DNA from: Octopus sinensis
Taxonomy: Eukaryota
Length of the DNA: 64,000 nt
Direction of reading: 5' to 3'
Assembly (NCBI RefSeq): GCF_006345805.1
Contig: NC_043017.1
Coordinates: 19,220,001-19,284,000, forward strand
Of this stretch, positions 1-11,430 are shown one piece after another. Every line of letters begins with the position of its first letter. Position 1 is the stretch's first letter. A program made the translations under genes and the position numbers. Under the pieces are notes generated by a model. It did no database searches. It had not been told where the DNA came from and saw only the letters and a program-made list of their open reading frames with translations.

Positions 1-329
1 AACCCACTTGAGTTTTAGTTATTTATTGTAAGTAATCATGTTACTGACATTCCAGAAGTGTTCTAAATCGCGAGTATGAATCCATTAAACCCAAAACCTT
101 TTACATCCACCCTTTACCGGCGGACGTAAAGAATATGGACCGCACCCCCTTTCGTTAGTTTCGTTATAGTAGGATGGCATGGCTGTTTGTTAATTAAACT
201 ATTATAAGAAAGAAATTTCGATGGAGAACATTGTCGTAATTTGTCGACAAAACAGTCATTAAAAATGTTCGTAAACACCTACCCGTAACTGCACTGTTTT
301 TTATTTTTAAAGTTTGTTTTAACCATTTG

Positions 330-525
330 TCCTTTTTATCTTTTACTCGCAGCCAAACTGAGGCCCCACCCGAAGGGTTTAGTCAGACAAATCGACCCCT
401 ACTTACTTTTAAGCTTAGTACTTATTCTATCAGTCACTTTTGTCGAACCTCTAAGTTACGGGGGCGTTTAATAAACCGACACCGGTTTCGATCAGTGGTA
501 GGGACAAAGACACACACTCACATAC
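330..525 (-). mobile_element. SINE family A, 3' part, split by the hAT insertion (other part at ~2084-2215)
   Basis: Matches the 3' half of intact family A copies (e.g. 61312-61697). The matching 5' half resumes immediately after the hAT right end. Confidence 0.7.
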
Positions 526-829
526 TAAAGGTGGGTACCGTTAATCGAAAAGTTCACTTCGTTAACCGTTAATCCGATAACCAAAAAGTTAACTTCGATA
601 ACCGTTAATCAGTTAACTCTTTAAAAATGTAACAGACGTTATCGATAAACCGTTAACGCTAATTTTTATTATAGATAAAAGACAAACAAAAAAGTCAGTT
701 TTTGCTCTAAAACCACCTAACAACACATTTAAAAAGTGCCAAAATTATAAAATCAGCCTTTTAAAAAATGTTTAAAAGGGCTTTAGAACCCCAAAACTGT
801 AGTTTTCTAGCTTTAGAGTTAAAGCTAGC

Positions 830-1195
830 AAAAACGTTAGCACGCCGGGCGAAATGCTTAGCTACCTTCTGAGTTCAAATTCCGCCGAGGTAGACTTTGC
901 CTTTCATCCCTTTCGGGGTCGATTAAATAAGTACCAGTTACGCACTGGGGTCGATATAATCGACTTAGTCCGTTTGTCTGTCCTTGTTTGTCCTCTCTGT
1001 GTTTAGCCCCTTGTGGGTAGTAAAGAAATAGGTATTTCGTCTGTCTCTACGTTCTGAGTTCAAATTCCGCCGAGGTCGACTTTGCCTGTCATCCTTTCGG
1101 GGTTGATCAATTAAGTACCAGTTGCGTACTGGGGTCGATCTAATCGACTGGTCCCCTCACCAAAAATTTCGGGCCTTGTGCCCAGAGTAGTAAAG
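830..1195 (+). mobile_element. Two tandem SINE family B copies inserted inside the hAT element
   Basis: Repeated GTTCTGAGTTCAAATTCCGCCGAGGTCGACTTTGCCTTTCATCC core, as in the other family B copies. Confidence 0.85.
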
Positions 1196-1411
1196 AAAAA
1201 GAGTTTTAAAAAATGCTGATTTCATAGTTTTGACCTTTTTAAGGTTTATAACAGCTTTTAGAGCCAGAAAAGGGTAAAGAAACTCAAATGAAACACAATA
1301 TTAGTATTAAACTAAAAAAAGTTATTGATAAAGTGACCCTAAAAAAAAAAAATAAAAGACGAAAAACATGATGTATACATAATTTAATTTTTCCTCTTTT
1401 TCTCGTTCTCC

Positions 1412-1900
1412 ATTTTGTTTATGAGATGTATGTTGCCCTTCATGAAAGTTAGCATGTCAAAGTTTTCATCAGACAAGGATGATCTCTTGGCCCTCAAGAT
1501 GTCCTTGCCCAGAGAGAGCAAACACTCCTCTGCAGCACTAAAGGGGATGGCTGTGTTGAACTTGACGAAACAAGTTCATCAACAGTTGTTCACCCAAGAA
1601 GGCAGCGTCTGTGAGCAAGTCTTTGGAGTTGGTCTCCAATCAGGTCTTCACCAAATTCTAGGCCTTGTCCTTTAGTGACCTGTAGGCTACTGCTACTCTC
1701 TTTTGGCTGGGTGACACCACCGTGAAGTCATTCTCATCCTCCTCGACCTTACTCTCCATGTTTTTCTTCACCTTGGCGACTTTGGTGTTGTCATACTTAT
1801 TCAACCAGATGAAGCGAAATCTGGGGTGGAAGGCAGCAACCAGCTGGCATTCCTCATCTTGCAGGAGGGTCCTAAACCTTTTGTCGATGCCTGTCAAGGC
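1412..1900 (-). pseudogene. hAT transposase C-terminal remnant, frameshifted
   Basis: Minus-strand translation gives LVAAFHPRFR (hAT 'AxxLDPRFK'-like motif) and, in another frame, FVKFNTAIPFSAAEECLLSLGKDILRAKRSSLSDENFDMLTFMKGN, which resembles the hAT C-terminal dimerisation domain. Confidence 0.85.
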
Positions 1901-2199
1901 CCTTGGACTTCAAGTCCCCGAGCCTAAAGATCATCGCAGCATCTGTTGGCAGCAAAGTTAACTTCTGTTAAATGGAAGTTAAATTAGTCCGATAATGATT
2001 TCCAAAGTTAACTTACAGGTTAAGTCGTTAACGAAAATGTTAACTTCGTTAATGAACGATTAACGGTTTGGTGCCCAGGTTTGACACACACACACACATA
2101 CATACATAAACGCACGTAACTTATTTAAGTTTCCGTCTACCAAATCCAATCACAAGGCTTTGGTCTGTCCGAAGCTACAGTTGAAGACACTTGCTCAAG

Positions 2200-3120
2200 G
2201 TGCCGTACAGTGGACGTATTCTGTTATTTGTATACTTCTGTTGTTAAAATCCCTCCCTATCTCTCGCTACGTCTCGAAAGCTGCATTTCTGATGCCGTTT
2301 CATTCCCGCAATCGGTAGAGGGATAATTTTGCTTGTAATTGCAGTGTGGAAGACATATTAACCATCCAAAAATACACAAAAACTGTTAAATATTTATCAT
2401 GCGGTGTTTTAATGAAGTGAAGTGGTTTACATAATTGTGATCTTATTTAAGCAACAAGTAAACAGCATTGCTCAGAATTTCAGTTACCTCACATCAAATT
2501 ACCTGCTTGACAAATACACATCAGAAATTCAGATAGCTTCGACTAGGTTACTTAAGTCTTGAGGAACACCGTTAATTGTTGCCTAAATAACATCCACGCA
2601 GCAACTTAACTTTATAGAAACACTGCATAAATAAATGTTTAAGTGAAGTTAACTGTCTTTGTGGGTAGCAAGTGTTTAGCATGTTGTAATCGTTTTAGCT
2701 TCAACACACGGTCTCAGATCAAATCACTTAGCTAGTAAGTACGTCTCCGAAATTTGTAATGTCACCTTCGTATTTCGCACAAGCGAAAATACGACAGGGG
2801 ATTTATTTTAAAAGATAGTGTTAAAACGAAAGGGGAATTATTCAAAATGAAACCAACACAAATGGAAAAATATACGAAAATAGCTGTTCTTTTCTGAATT
2901 ACCGAGGCGAATAAGTATTATCTTCAAAATATGGTTATAATTATTATGATAGATAAGGTTTGTTAATTGAAGTTACTGTTTTCATTTCTCCCACACTTCG
3001 TTGAGTTTGCTTATTACGCGTGCATCGTTGAAAAGAGACTGTCTTTGTTAAGACGACACACTTTGAAAAGTAAACAAATATATTTGTTAATTTCAAAGTT
3101 TTTGGAATAGAAATTATCGT
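2200..3120 (+). promoter_or_regulatory. CpG-retaining unique sequence; candidate promoter / non-coding first exon
   Basis: Visibly more CG dinucleotides than unique DNA downstream. Consensus donor GTAAGT at 2735-2740. Assignment to IST1 is inference only. Confidence 0.35.
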
Positions 3121-4559
3121 TAAGAAGCTTTCTTCTCAACCTTGTGGTTTCGGGTTTAGTTCCACTCAGTGGCATCTTGAGCGAATGTCTTCTAAAGTCT
3201 TGTGAGTGGATGTGATAGACGGAAACTGAAGGAAGCCAGTCGTGTGTGTGTGTGTCTTGGCATCACACAATAGTTGTAAAAACAAGCATCACTGTCAGGC
3301 AAGTGATCTTCTTCGTTTCCACTCGTATGTTCTAGTTTTGACGTGTTTCTACAGCTGGATGCCTTTCCTAACACCAGCCACTGTACACCGACATGAAAGA
3401 GATTGTCATGTCCTTGACAGGACTAAAGAGTTCTTTTTGCAATGTTATAAATATGTGGCCTCGATAAAGGATCGTAAGTCATGTTGTTTAACCCCCTTGT
3501 CAGCCCTGAAAATCCAACCATAACAATCCTGTCTTTTTATATATGAAGGTCTATACTATCAAATGTATCTATCTTTTTTTTTTCAAAGAGTTGGAGATGA
3601 TTTGAGGGTGATTAAACTACTATATCTAGCAGGTTAAGCAACCACATTAATGCTCTCAAATTAGTTGGGGTGTTTCTTGTGCCATACATGATTGGTCAGT
3701 CAATCAGCTGGACACTTTGCTGGGGGCAAGGGCAACACTAGCAAAAAGACAAAAACAAAATCCAGCTCCCCCCTCCCCCCATCAAAAAATAAAAACACCC
3801 CCCCCCTCTTCAAAAGAAAAAAATAATTGCTCTCACTAATTAGGTTACTCTGTACTCCACAAAAAAAGAAAAAATTACAAAGAACCTCATTGCTCAATAT
3901 TGGCACCGATTGTTCTAGGCAACCTGATCAATAGAGTGATTGATAAGAGACATTCTATTAAGAACATGTTTTTACAGGAAGGAAAGAAAGGAGAGAAATT
4001 AAAAGTATAAAGGATCAGATTATTGACAGAAAATAACAAACTCCATAACAACTTCACCAAGGGGAAAAAAAAGAAGAAAAATGGGGAGGGGGTATTAAGC
4101 AGCAGAAGATGGGGAAGAGGGAGTAATGGGCTGTACATTCCAGAACAAATGGTGTGTTCAGCTGTGCCTCGCAGACATGATTGTAAAAGTATTTCTGCAG
4201 AGAATGGCCAGTGATATTCACTACAACAGTCATCCTACCTTGTGTGGTTCATTTCTCAGACAGGCTGCAGTTATCGTGATTTTGCAGAGGTAATCAGCAA
4301 TGTGGGGCCCAAGAACATCTGAGGTCTCAATGGCGAACAGTACAAACTAATAGTTGTTGGTCAGTCTCCTGTAGTTGTTTATCTTCCCCCTCCTCTCCTC
4401 TGCATTATGGGTGGCGTACCCATTTGGAAAAGAAGATGGAGTCTTTTGCACCTTACAATGAGACAACAAAATAGAGTTTGCATCCATTTTATTTTTCTAT
4501 CTTTGCCATGGTGTTGTACAAGTTTTAAAAAAATCTAGAAACTATTTTAATTTCATTAA

Positions 4560-4779
4560 CCCTTTAGCATTCAAATTAATATGTCAATAGTAATCTTTAT
4601 TCATTTACATTTTAAAAAATTAATCTGGTATTATCTTGTAGCTTCAAAATTTAAAAGATGTAATTGTTTATTTTTAGAATGACATTGCAGGGTAGGTGTG
4701 AGATACTGGTTCTGGCCAGTTTGAGCATAAATGAGTAGAATATTTGGGCCGGATATAGCCGGTTTAAACACTAAAAGGG
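4560..4779. mobile_element. piggyBac-type MITE, family P1
   Basis: TTAA|CCCTTTAGCATT...CTAAAAGGG|TTAA: TTAA target duplication on both sides, CCC/GGG termini, ~220 bp. Confidence 0.8.
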
Positions 4780-6164
4780 TTAAACATGACAATTCACTCG
4801 CCCCTTTCCTCCCCTTTTCAAGTTTCGCAGTCTCTGCTTCTCACCCCCCTCCAACTTGCCCTGAGAAATTCTGGGCTATCATCATCATCACCATCATTGT
4901 TTTAACACCCACTTCTTCATGATTGCATGGGTCAAACAGAATTCACTGAAGTGGATTTTCCATGGCTGGTATGTCCTTTCTGTCACCAACTCCTCACTTA
5001 TTTCTATCATCATTACCATCTAACATTCATTTTCCATGCTGGCATGGGTTGGACAGCTCGACAGGAACTGGTAAGGCTAGGGAATGCATCAGGTTCCATA
5101 GTCTATTTTGGCAAGATTTCTATGGCTGGATGCACTTCCTAATGCCAGCCACTCCACAGAGTGTACTGGTTGCTTTTTATGTGGCACCGTCATAGGTGCT
5201 TTTTAAGTGGCATCAACACCTGTGTTTTTTTACATGACACCTTGGCTTTAGGATCTCAAAGGTGATATTACCCCATGGCCAGCCCTGCTTCCATGGAAGT
5301 TTGCAAATGAACAAGACTGCTTGTATGACTGTTGACACTCATTTATAACCATTGAGCAATGTTGAGACAAGGTGACCTAAACGCATACAAAGGTCGCCCT
5401 TCGGTCATGAATGATCATGAATTTGCTCCTAGAAACGTTACCCTCTTAATATAAATACCCCTTAATATAAATAAATATATTTAAAGGGAATAAGTAAAAA
5501 TTTTCCCCTATGAGGTTTTTCACGCTGACTACTTAATAAATTCTTATAGAGATTTTATCCTATTTTTAAATATATATATATATATACATACACACAAACA
5601 TGTACACATACCATATACAAACATGAGTTTTTAGGAAAATATATAAATATATGATAGTATGCAAATACAGACTGAACATTAGTGGGGGTCTCGTTCATCA
5701 ATAAATCATATTAATACAAAACACTTAACCAGATAACTGAATAGAAATAAACATGAACTGTATAATGATTTCTCATGACTAAGTACAAAGACATGTTAGG
5801 ATTTTTTTTTATCATTTTCATTGTGTGAATGGGTAGAGAAGGAGGGAAGTGGTGGCAGTAAATAGTTGGTTACCTCCATCGACCTCATCTCCACCATGAC
5901 CACCTCCAAGTAATGTTAGTGGAGTTTATTTTATAGATCTCTGAGGAATGCAGGAATATGTGATATATGTTAGGATCTGAGAGCAACAAGCTGTTTATAT
6001 AGATACAGTGTGTGATTAAGAAAAGTAGTTTTTGGTTCACACCCACTGCTTGGCATTTTGGACATATATCTTCTACTATATAACTGGGCCAACTGAATCC
6101 TTGTGAACGGATTTGGTCGATGGAAAGTGAAAGAAACTGGTTGCATATTTGCATCATCATTACC

Positions 6165-6400
6165 TATTTCTTCACTACCCACAAGGGGCTAAACACAGAG
6201 AGGACAAACAAGGACAGACAAACGGATTAAGTCGATTATATCAACCCCAGTGCGTAACTGGTACTTATTTAATCGATCCCCGAAAGGATCAAAGGCAAAG
6301 TCGACCTCAACGGAATTTGAACTCAGAACGTAGTGGCAGACGAAATACCGCTAAGTATTTCGCCCAGTGTGCTAACGTTTCTGCCAGCTTGCTGCCTTAT
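6165..6400 (-). mobile_element. SINE family B (tRNA-like head)
   Basis: Near-identical to copies at ~9742-9976, 11204-11430, 25600-25828, 43188-43418, 51631-51863 and 62408-62630. Confidence 0.85.
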
Positions 6401-7200
6401 TGCATCATCATTACCATTTAATGTCTCCTTTTCTTGATGGCATGACTGGATGGTTTCACCAGATCCAACAATCTACAGGACTGTGTCAAGCTTCAATGTC
6501 TGTTTGGCATGGCTTCTGCAGCTGGATGTCTGCTGTTCCTACAAGGGTGTACTGAGTGCTTTTCTCACGGCACCAGCACTAGTGAGGTCACCAAGTAACT
6601 TGCAAGACAGAAAAAAGCCTTCTCATTTGAGTAAGGGTGTAGCAGAGAGCAGAGTAGCTGTGTGCCAGGTGTTGAGAGGAAAAGATGTCTTGCTGTGTTG
6701 GGGAAATCAATACGTAACTATATCAATGAAGAAATAATTTGGGTATAAATTAAGTGTTCTGTTATTATTTGTTAACAAAAATCTCATCATAATACCCCTC
6801 TGATGAGTAGGGTAAGGCCAATTCCAATCCTTCAACTTAATTGGTCCACTAATATTTGAAAACAGTGGCATTGTGAGAGTCCATTAAGTCTATCAATAAA
6901 ATACAAAACAAATATAAGAAAATATTCAAGGAATGAATTGTCTAAGGGGCCTTAAATACTAAGAGAGGTAATAAATGATATGTGCGGTTAGGGATATGTT
7001 ATTCTGTTATGAATACATTCAAGATACGATGTATAATATTGGTATGATGTGCCAACTTTGACAGGATGGACCGTCAAAGTAGAAACAACTGTAAGAGTAT
7101 AGTATTATTCACCCATTTATTCTTATTTATTTATACATAGATTGTAATTAATAAATAGATCGAATTGATGTTTGTCAATTATCTTCTACATTTTCTTCTT

Positions 7201-7233
<33 letters not shown>

Positions 7234-7235
<2 letters not shown>

Positions 7236-7420
7236 CCGGTGGCACGTAAAAAACACCCACCACACTCACGGAGTGGTTGGCGTTAGGAAGGGCATCCAGC
7301 TGTAGAAACACTGCCAAATCAGACTGGAGCCTGGTGCAGCCTCCATGGCTTACCGGACCCCGGTCGAACTGTCCAACCCATGCTAGCATGGAAAACAGAC
7401 GGTAAATGATGATGATGATA
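7234..7420 (+). mobile_element. SINE/LINE-tail family C ending in (GAT)n
   Basis: Core GGAGTGGTTGGCGTTAGGAAGGGCATCCAGCTGTAGAAAC...CCAACCCATGCTAGCATGG followed by a (GAT)n tail; many copies in the window. Confidence 0.8.
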
Positions 7421-8659
7421 ATTAAGAGTCAGTTGAATTTGGTACTTTAATTAAGGTACCTTGTAGGTCAGTATAATCTGCACACCCAAACAATATTAAT
7501 GCAATATTGAATATCAAAACTCTGTGCAGGGGTGTTTGTACCTGATATTCCTGCCATGTGTGCAGACAATGCAACCCACCGAAGCCAAGATATTCACTCT
7601 TGGTAATTCAGACGTACTTTTTATAAAAAGGTAGCTTCTGTGGTATTTCCGAAGTACAAATTCCAAGTCAGGTGAATAAAATACAAATGAGTAGCAAAGA
7701 CATACAGGTGTCAATTCATTACGGTCATTTCAAGCGACTCCTTTAATTGATTAATGAAAACATTACGTCATTTGAAAGAAACCATTCTTGTCAGATGACT
7801 GCATAGACTTTAAACATAAAGGATACAAAACCATTTCCTTAACATTTTCTCATCAATAACGGAACTCAAATTATTTACATTGTTACTTTTGTCATATCTG
7901 TGGAAGAATCTGTCACAGTTATGACAAAATATAAGATATATATATATATATATTTGTTTCAGTCATTTGACTGTGGCCATGCTAGAGCTCTGCCTTCAGT
8001 CGAACAAATCAAGCCCAGGGTTTATTCTTTGTAAGCCTAGTACTTATTCCATCAGGCTCTTTTGTCGAACTGCCAAGTTATGGGGACATAAACACACCCA
8101 CATCGGTTGTCAACACACACACACACATACATACATACAGATATATTTACATACATATACACATATATACGCATACATATATATATATATATATATATAA
8201 ATGTACATACATACATATTTATATAGAGATATAGATAGATATACATACACACACACACATATACACACACATATATATATATACATACACATATATGTAT
8301 TTATGCGTATATTAGAATAAATACATAATGAGAACGAAGATTATTTCTGTAATGAACAAAGGCAAAAATAACTGTTTGTGATTGTAAAGTTAGACAACAG
8401 GCTCCACAACTCCCTTTCTCTGTCTCCCCACCGCTCCCCACAAAATATAGGAGAAAATATATTAAAAAAATGGAGAAAAATGGAAAAAAGAACGAAATCA
8501 ATACAAGTTCTTGTTTCCCACCCCTCCTCTAAGTTAATTCTCTCTATTCATATCAACATTGACTCTGTTATGTAAATAGATTTTCAGACTGTTTCTATAC
8601 AGTCCATTACTGAACTAATTATAAACACTCGTTTACAGCCTTACCAAAATTATTGTTGC

Positions 8660-9350
8660 ATTTTTTTAGCTGAAGACTAATCATAATTTTTTATATGTTT
8701 GTTTATTTTAGCTGAAACTTAATCGTAGATTTTTAACTGAAGATTATTGCAATTTTCAGCCCTAACCTAATTGTTAATTTTTATACCTTAGCTGATGGTA
8801 ATTTTCACCTGAAGCTAATCATGATATTAGCTCTCAGTAATTATAACTTTTAGCCCTAATCTGATCATAACTTTTAACACTGTGCTAATCATAACTTTAT
8901 CCATGAGCTACTCATAACTTTTAGCCCTGAACTAATCATAACTTAGTCCTTAGCTAATCATAACTTAGTCCTTAAGCTAGTCTTATCTTTTAGACCTAAG
9001 CTATTCACAACTTTTAGTCCTGAACTAATTATAACTTTCTAACCCTCAGCTAGTCATTAATTTTATAAATTTAAAGCTGCTACCTGTAAGTTAGTCACAG
9101 TTAATTATAACTTTTTACCTAGCTAATTAGTCGTAACTTTAGTCCCATGCTAATTATAACTTTTATCCCTGAGTTAATCGTAACTATTAGCTGTGAGCCG
9201 ATCACAACTTTTAGCCCCGAGCAGTCTTAACTTTAGCCCTGTGATAATCATAACTTAGCAATAAGCTAATTATAATTTCAAAGTTGAAGAATCTGATCAT
9301 AATCTTGTAATGGAAATTAATTAAAATTTTTCTGCCCTAAAATTAATTGT
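8660..9350. repeat. Degenerate ~23-24 bp minisatellite
   Basis: Successive units such as CCCTGAACTAATCATAACTTAG, TCCTTAGCTAATCATAACTTAG and TCCTGAACTAATTATAACTTTC; consensus about CCCTRAGCTAATCATAACTTTTAG. Confidence 0.85.
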
Positions 9351-9741
9351 AATTTTTCTATAGATGAATCATTACTAATTAAGATTTGTACCCATAGTTA
9401 CAGTGCAATGGTATTTATTTAGATTTTTATCTTTATTGTTGTTATGCTCTTTCTCATTAATCTTATGATATGCAATCATTTTGCCATCTGACATGTAGTA
9501 CCCAGTTGCACCTGTACAGCTATGTCGATTTGATAGAGGGAGTGTGCTTATGTGTACACAAACATTTGAACACTTTAAACAAATCATCATTAAGGTTGTT
9601 CGGCCAGAAATTGCTGAACTCTCATGTGTTGTCTAATAATTGGAGAGTCCATGACATATATATATGTATATCTGCCAATAGAGATTAGCACTTATTGACT
9701 CTGTAGGGCCTATTGAGATAATGAGCCAATGGTATGAGAAA

Positions 9742-9976
9742 TACCTATTTCTTTACTACCCACAAGGGGTTAAACACAGAGGGGACAAACAAGGACAGAC
9801 AAACGGATTAAGTCGATTACATCGACCCCAGTGCGTAACTGGTACTTAGTTTATCGACCCCGAAAGGATGAAAGGCAAAGTTGACCTCGGCGGAATTTGA
9901 ACTCAGAACGTAACGGCAGACGAAATACGGCTACGCATTTCGCCCGGTGTGCTAACGTTTCTGCCAGCTCGCCGCC
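9742..9976 (-). mobile_element. SINE family B, near full length
   Basis: TATTTCTTTACTACCCACAAGGGG...CTGCCAGCTCGCCGCC, the reverse complement of the copy at 11204-11430. Confidence 0.9.
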
Positions 9977-10094
9977 TTTTATATATTAATATATATATCA
10001 TATTTTATATATTAATGAGAAATACCACTATGCAGTTAACCAGTCTGCTAGAAACAGTAACCAATTTCTTTCAATTCACACCCCACTGTCTTAA

Positions 10095-10317
10095 CCCTTT
10101 TGTTACCGTATTTATTTTGAGATGCTCTGTGTTTCCTTTCAATTAATTTTAAATATAACAAAGAATTTAGTAAAATGATTTAGTTATCACTAAGCTGGTG
10201 TGAGGAGCATAAATTGTAACTAAGGTTTGGTGGAAGATTTTAATTCAAAACTTATGAAAACAAGACATTTATACTACAGAACCAGTGGTGGTTTCAGCCA
10301 GGTTGGTATCAAAAGGG
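10095..10317. mobile_element. piggyBac-type MITE, family P2
   Basis: TTAA|CCCTTTTGTTACC...ATCAAAAGGG; homologous to 23217-23437, 31215-31434 and ~15030-15265. Confidence 0.75.
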
Positions 10318-10472
10318 ATAAAGAGAGAAGCTCTGGCAACGATCACGCTCGGATGGTGCTCTTAGTGCTCCACTAGCACGGATGCCAGTCATCGAATTTG
10401 ATGGTCACAGCTGGAATACTGTTGATCATTGGTCTGCTTAATTATGGAACTGACCTGTGGTTAAACAACATC

Positions 10473-10860
10473 GTGGCTGTGTGGTAAGTAGCTTGTTTAC
10501 CAACCACATAGTTCCGGGTTCAGTCCCACTGCGTGGAACCTTGGGCAAATGTCTTCTTCTATAGCCTCGGGCCAACCAAAGCCTTGTGAGTGGATTTGGT
10601 AGACGGAAACTGAAAGAAGCCCATTGTATATATGTATATATCTATATATATATATATGTGTGTGTGTGTGTTTGTCCCCCTAGCATTGCTTGACAACCGA
10701 TGCTGGTGTGTTTATGTCCCCGTTACTTAGCGGTTCTGCAAAAGGGACTGATAGAATAAGTACTGGGCTTACAAAAGAATAAGTCCCGGGGTTGAGTTGC
10801 TCGACTAAAGGCGGTGCCCCAGCATGGCCGCAGTCAAATGACTGAAACAAGTAAAAGAGT
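10473..10860 (+). mobile_element. SINE family A with internal (TA)/(TG) microsatellite
   Basis: GTGGCTGTGTGGTAAGTAGCTTG...GGTTCAGTCCCACTGCG head (tRNA A/B-box-like) and ...ACAAGTAAAAGAGT tail; near-identical to 22509-22893, 40958-41360 and 63022-63500. Confidence 0.9.
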
Positions 10861-11203
10861 AATGTATGAGTGTGAAAATCGTAAACATAATCAGCATCAG
10901 CATCTTCATTTAAATGGCCACTCCTCCATGCTTGAATAGGTTGGACAGAATTTATTTGGGGTAGATTTTCTACAGCCCGGTGCTCTTCCTGTCACTGACC
11001 CTCACCTGTTACCAAGCAAGGTGATATATTTCCCCATGGCCAGACATGATTTTGCAGAATATTGGAAATGGATGATGATGGCACTCATTTGCATCTTACA
11101 CACAATGTCAAGACACGGAGACACAAACACACTCATATACATTCATATATGTATGCGTATGTGTGTGTGTGTGTGTGTGTGTGTATGCATATATATATAT
11201 ATA

Positions 11204-11430
11204 GGCGAGCTGGCAGACACGTTAGCGCGCCGGGCGAAATGCTTAGCGGTATTTTGTCTGTCGTTATGTTCTGAGTTCAAATTCCGCTGAGGTCAACTTT
11301 GCCTTTTATCCTTTCGGGATCGATAAATAAAGTACCAGTTTCGCAATGGGGTCGATATAATCGACTCAATCCCTTCGTCTGTCCTTGTTTGTCCCCTCTA
11401 TGTTTAGCCCCTTGTGGGCAGTAAAGAAAT
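11204..11430 (+). mobile_element. SINE family B
   Basis: GGCGAGCTGGCAGACACGTTAGC...GTTCTGAGTTCAAATTCCGC...GCCCCTTGTGGGCAGTAAAGAAAT. Confidence 0.9.

Larger units (their letters stand above)
526..2083 (-). mobile_element. Internally deleted hAT-superfamily DNA transposon
   Basis: Imperfect terminal inverted repeats TAAAGGTGGGTACC (526-539) and GGTGCCCAGGTTTG (2070-2083; reverse complement CAAACCTGGGCACC). GTTAAC/CCGTTAATC subterminal repeat arrays at both ends (540-660, 1955-2068). Transposase remnant inside. No clear 8-bp TSD because it sits in a (CA)n tract. Confidence 0.8.

Noticed and set aside
10473-10545. tRNA genes at SINE heads (also other family A and B heads)
   Set aside because: A/B-box-like heads continue into multicopy SINE bodies; no complete cloverleaf.
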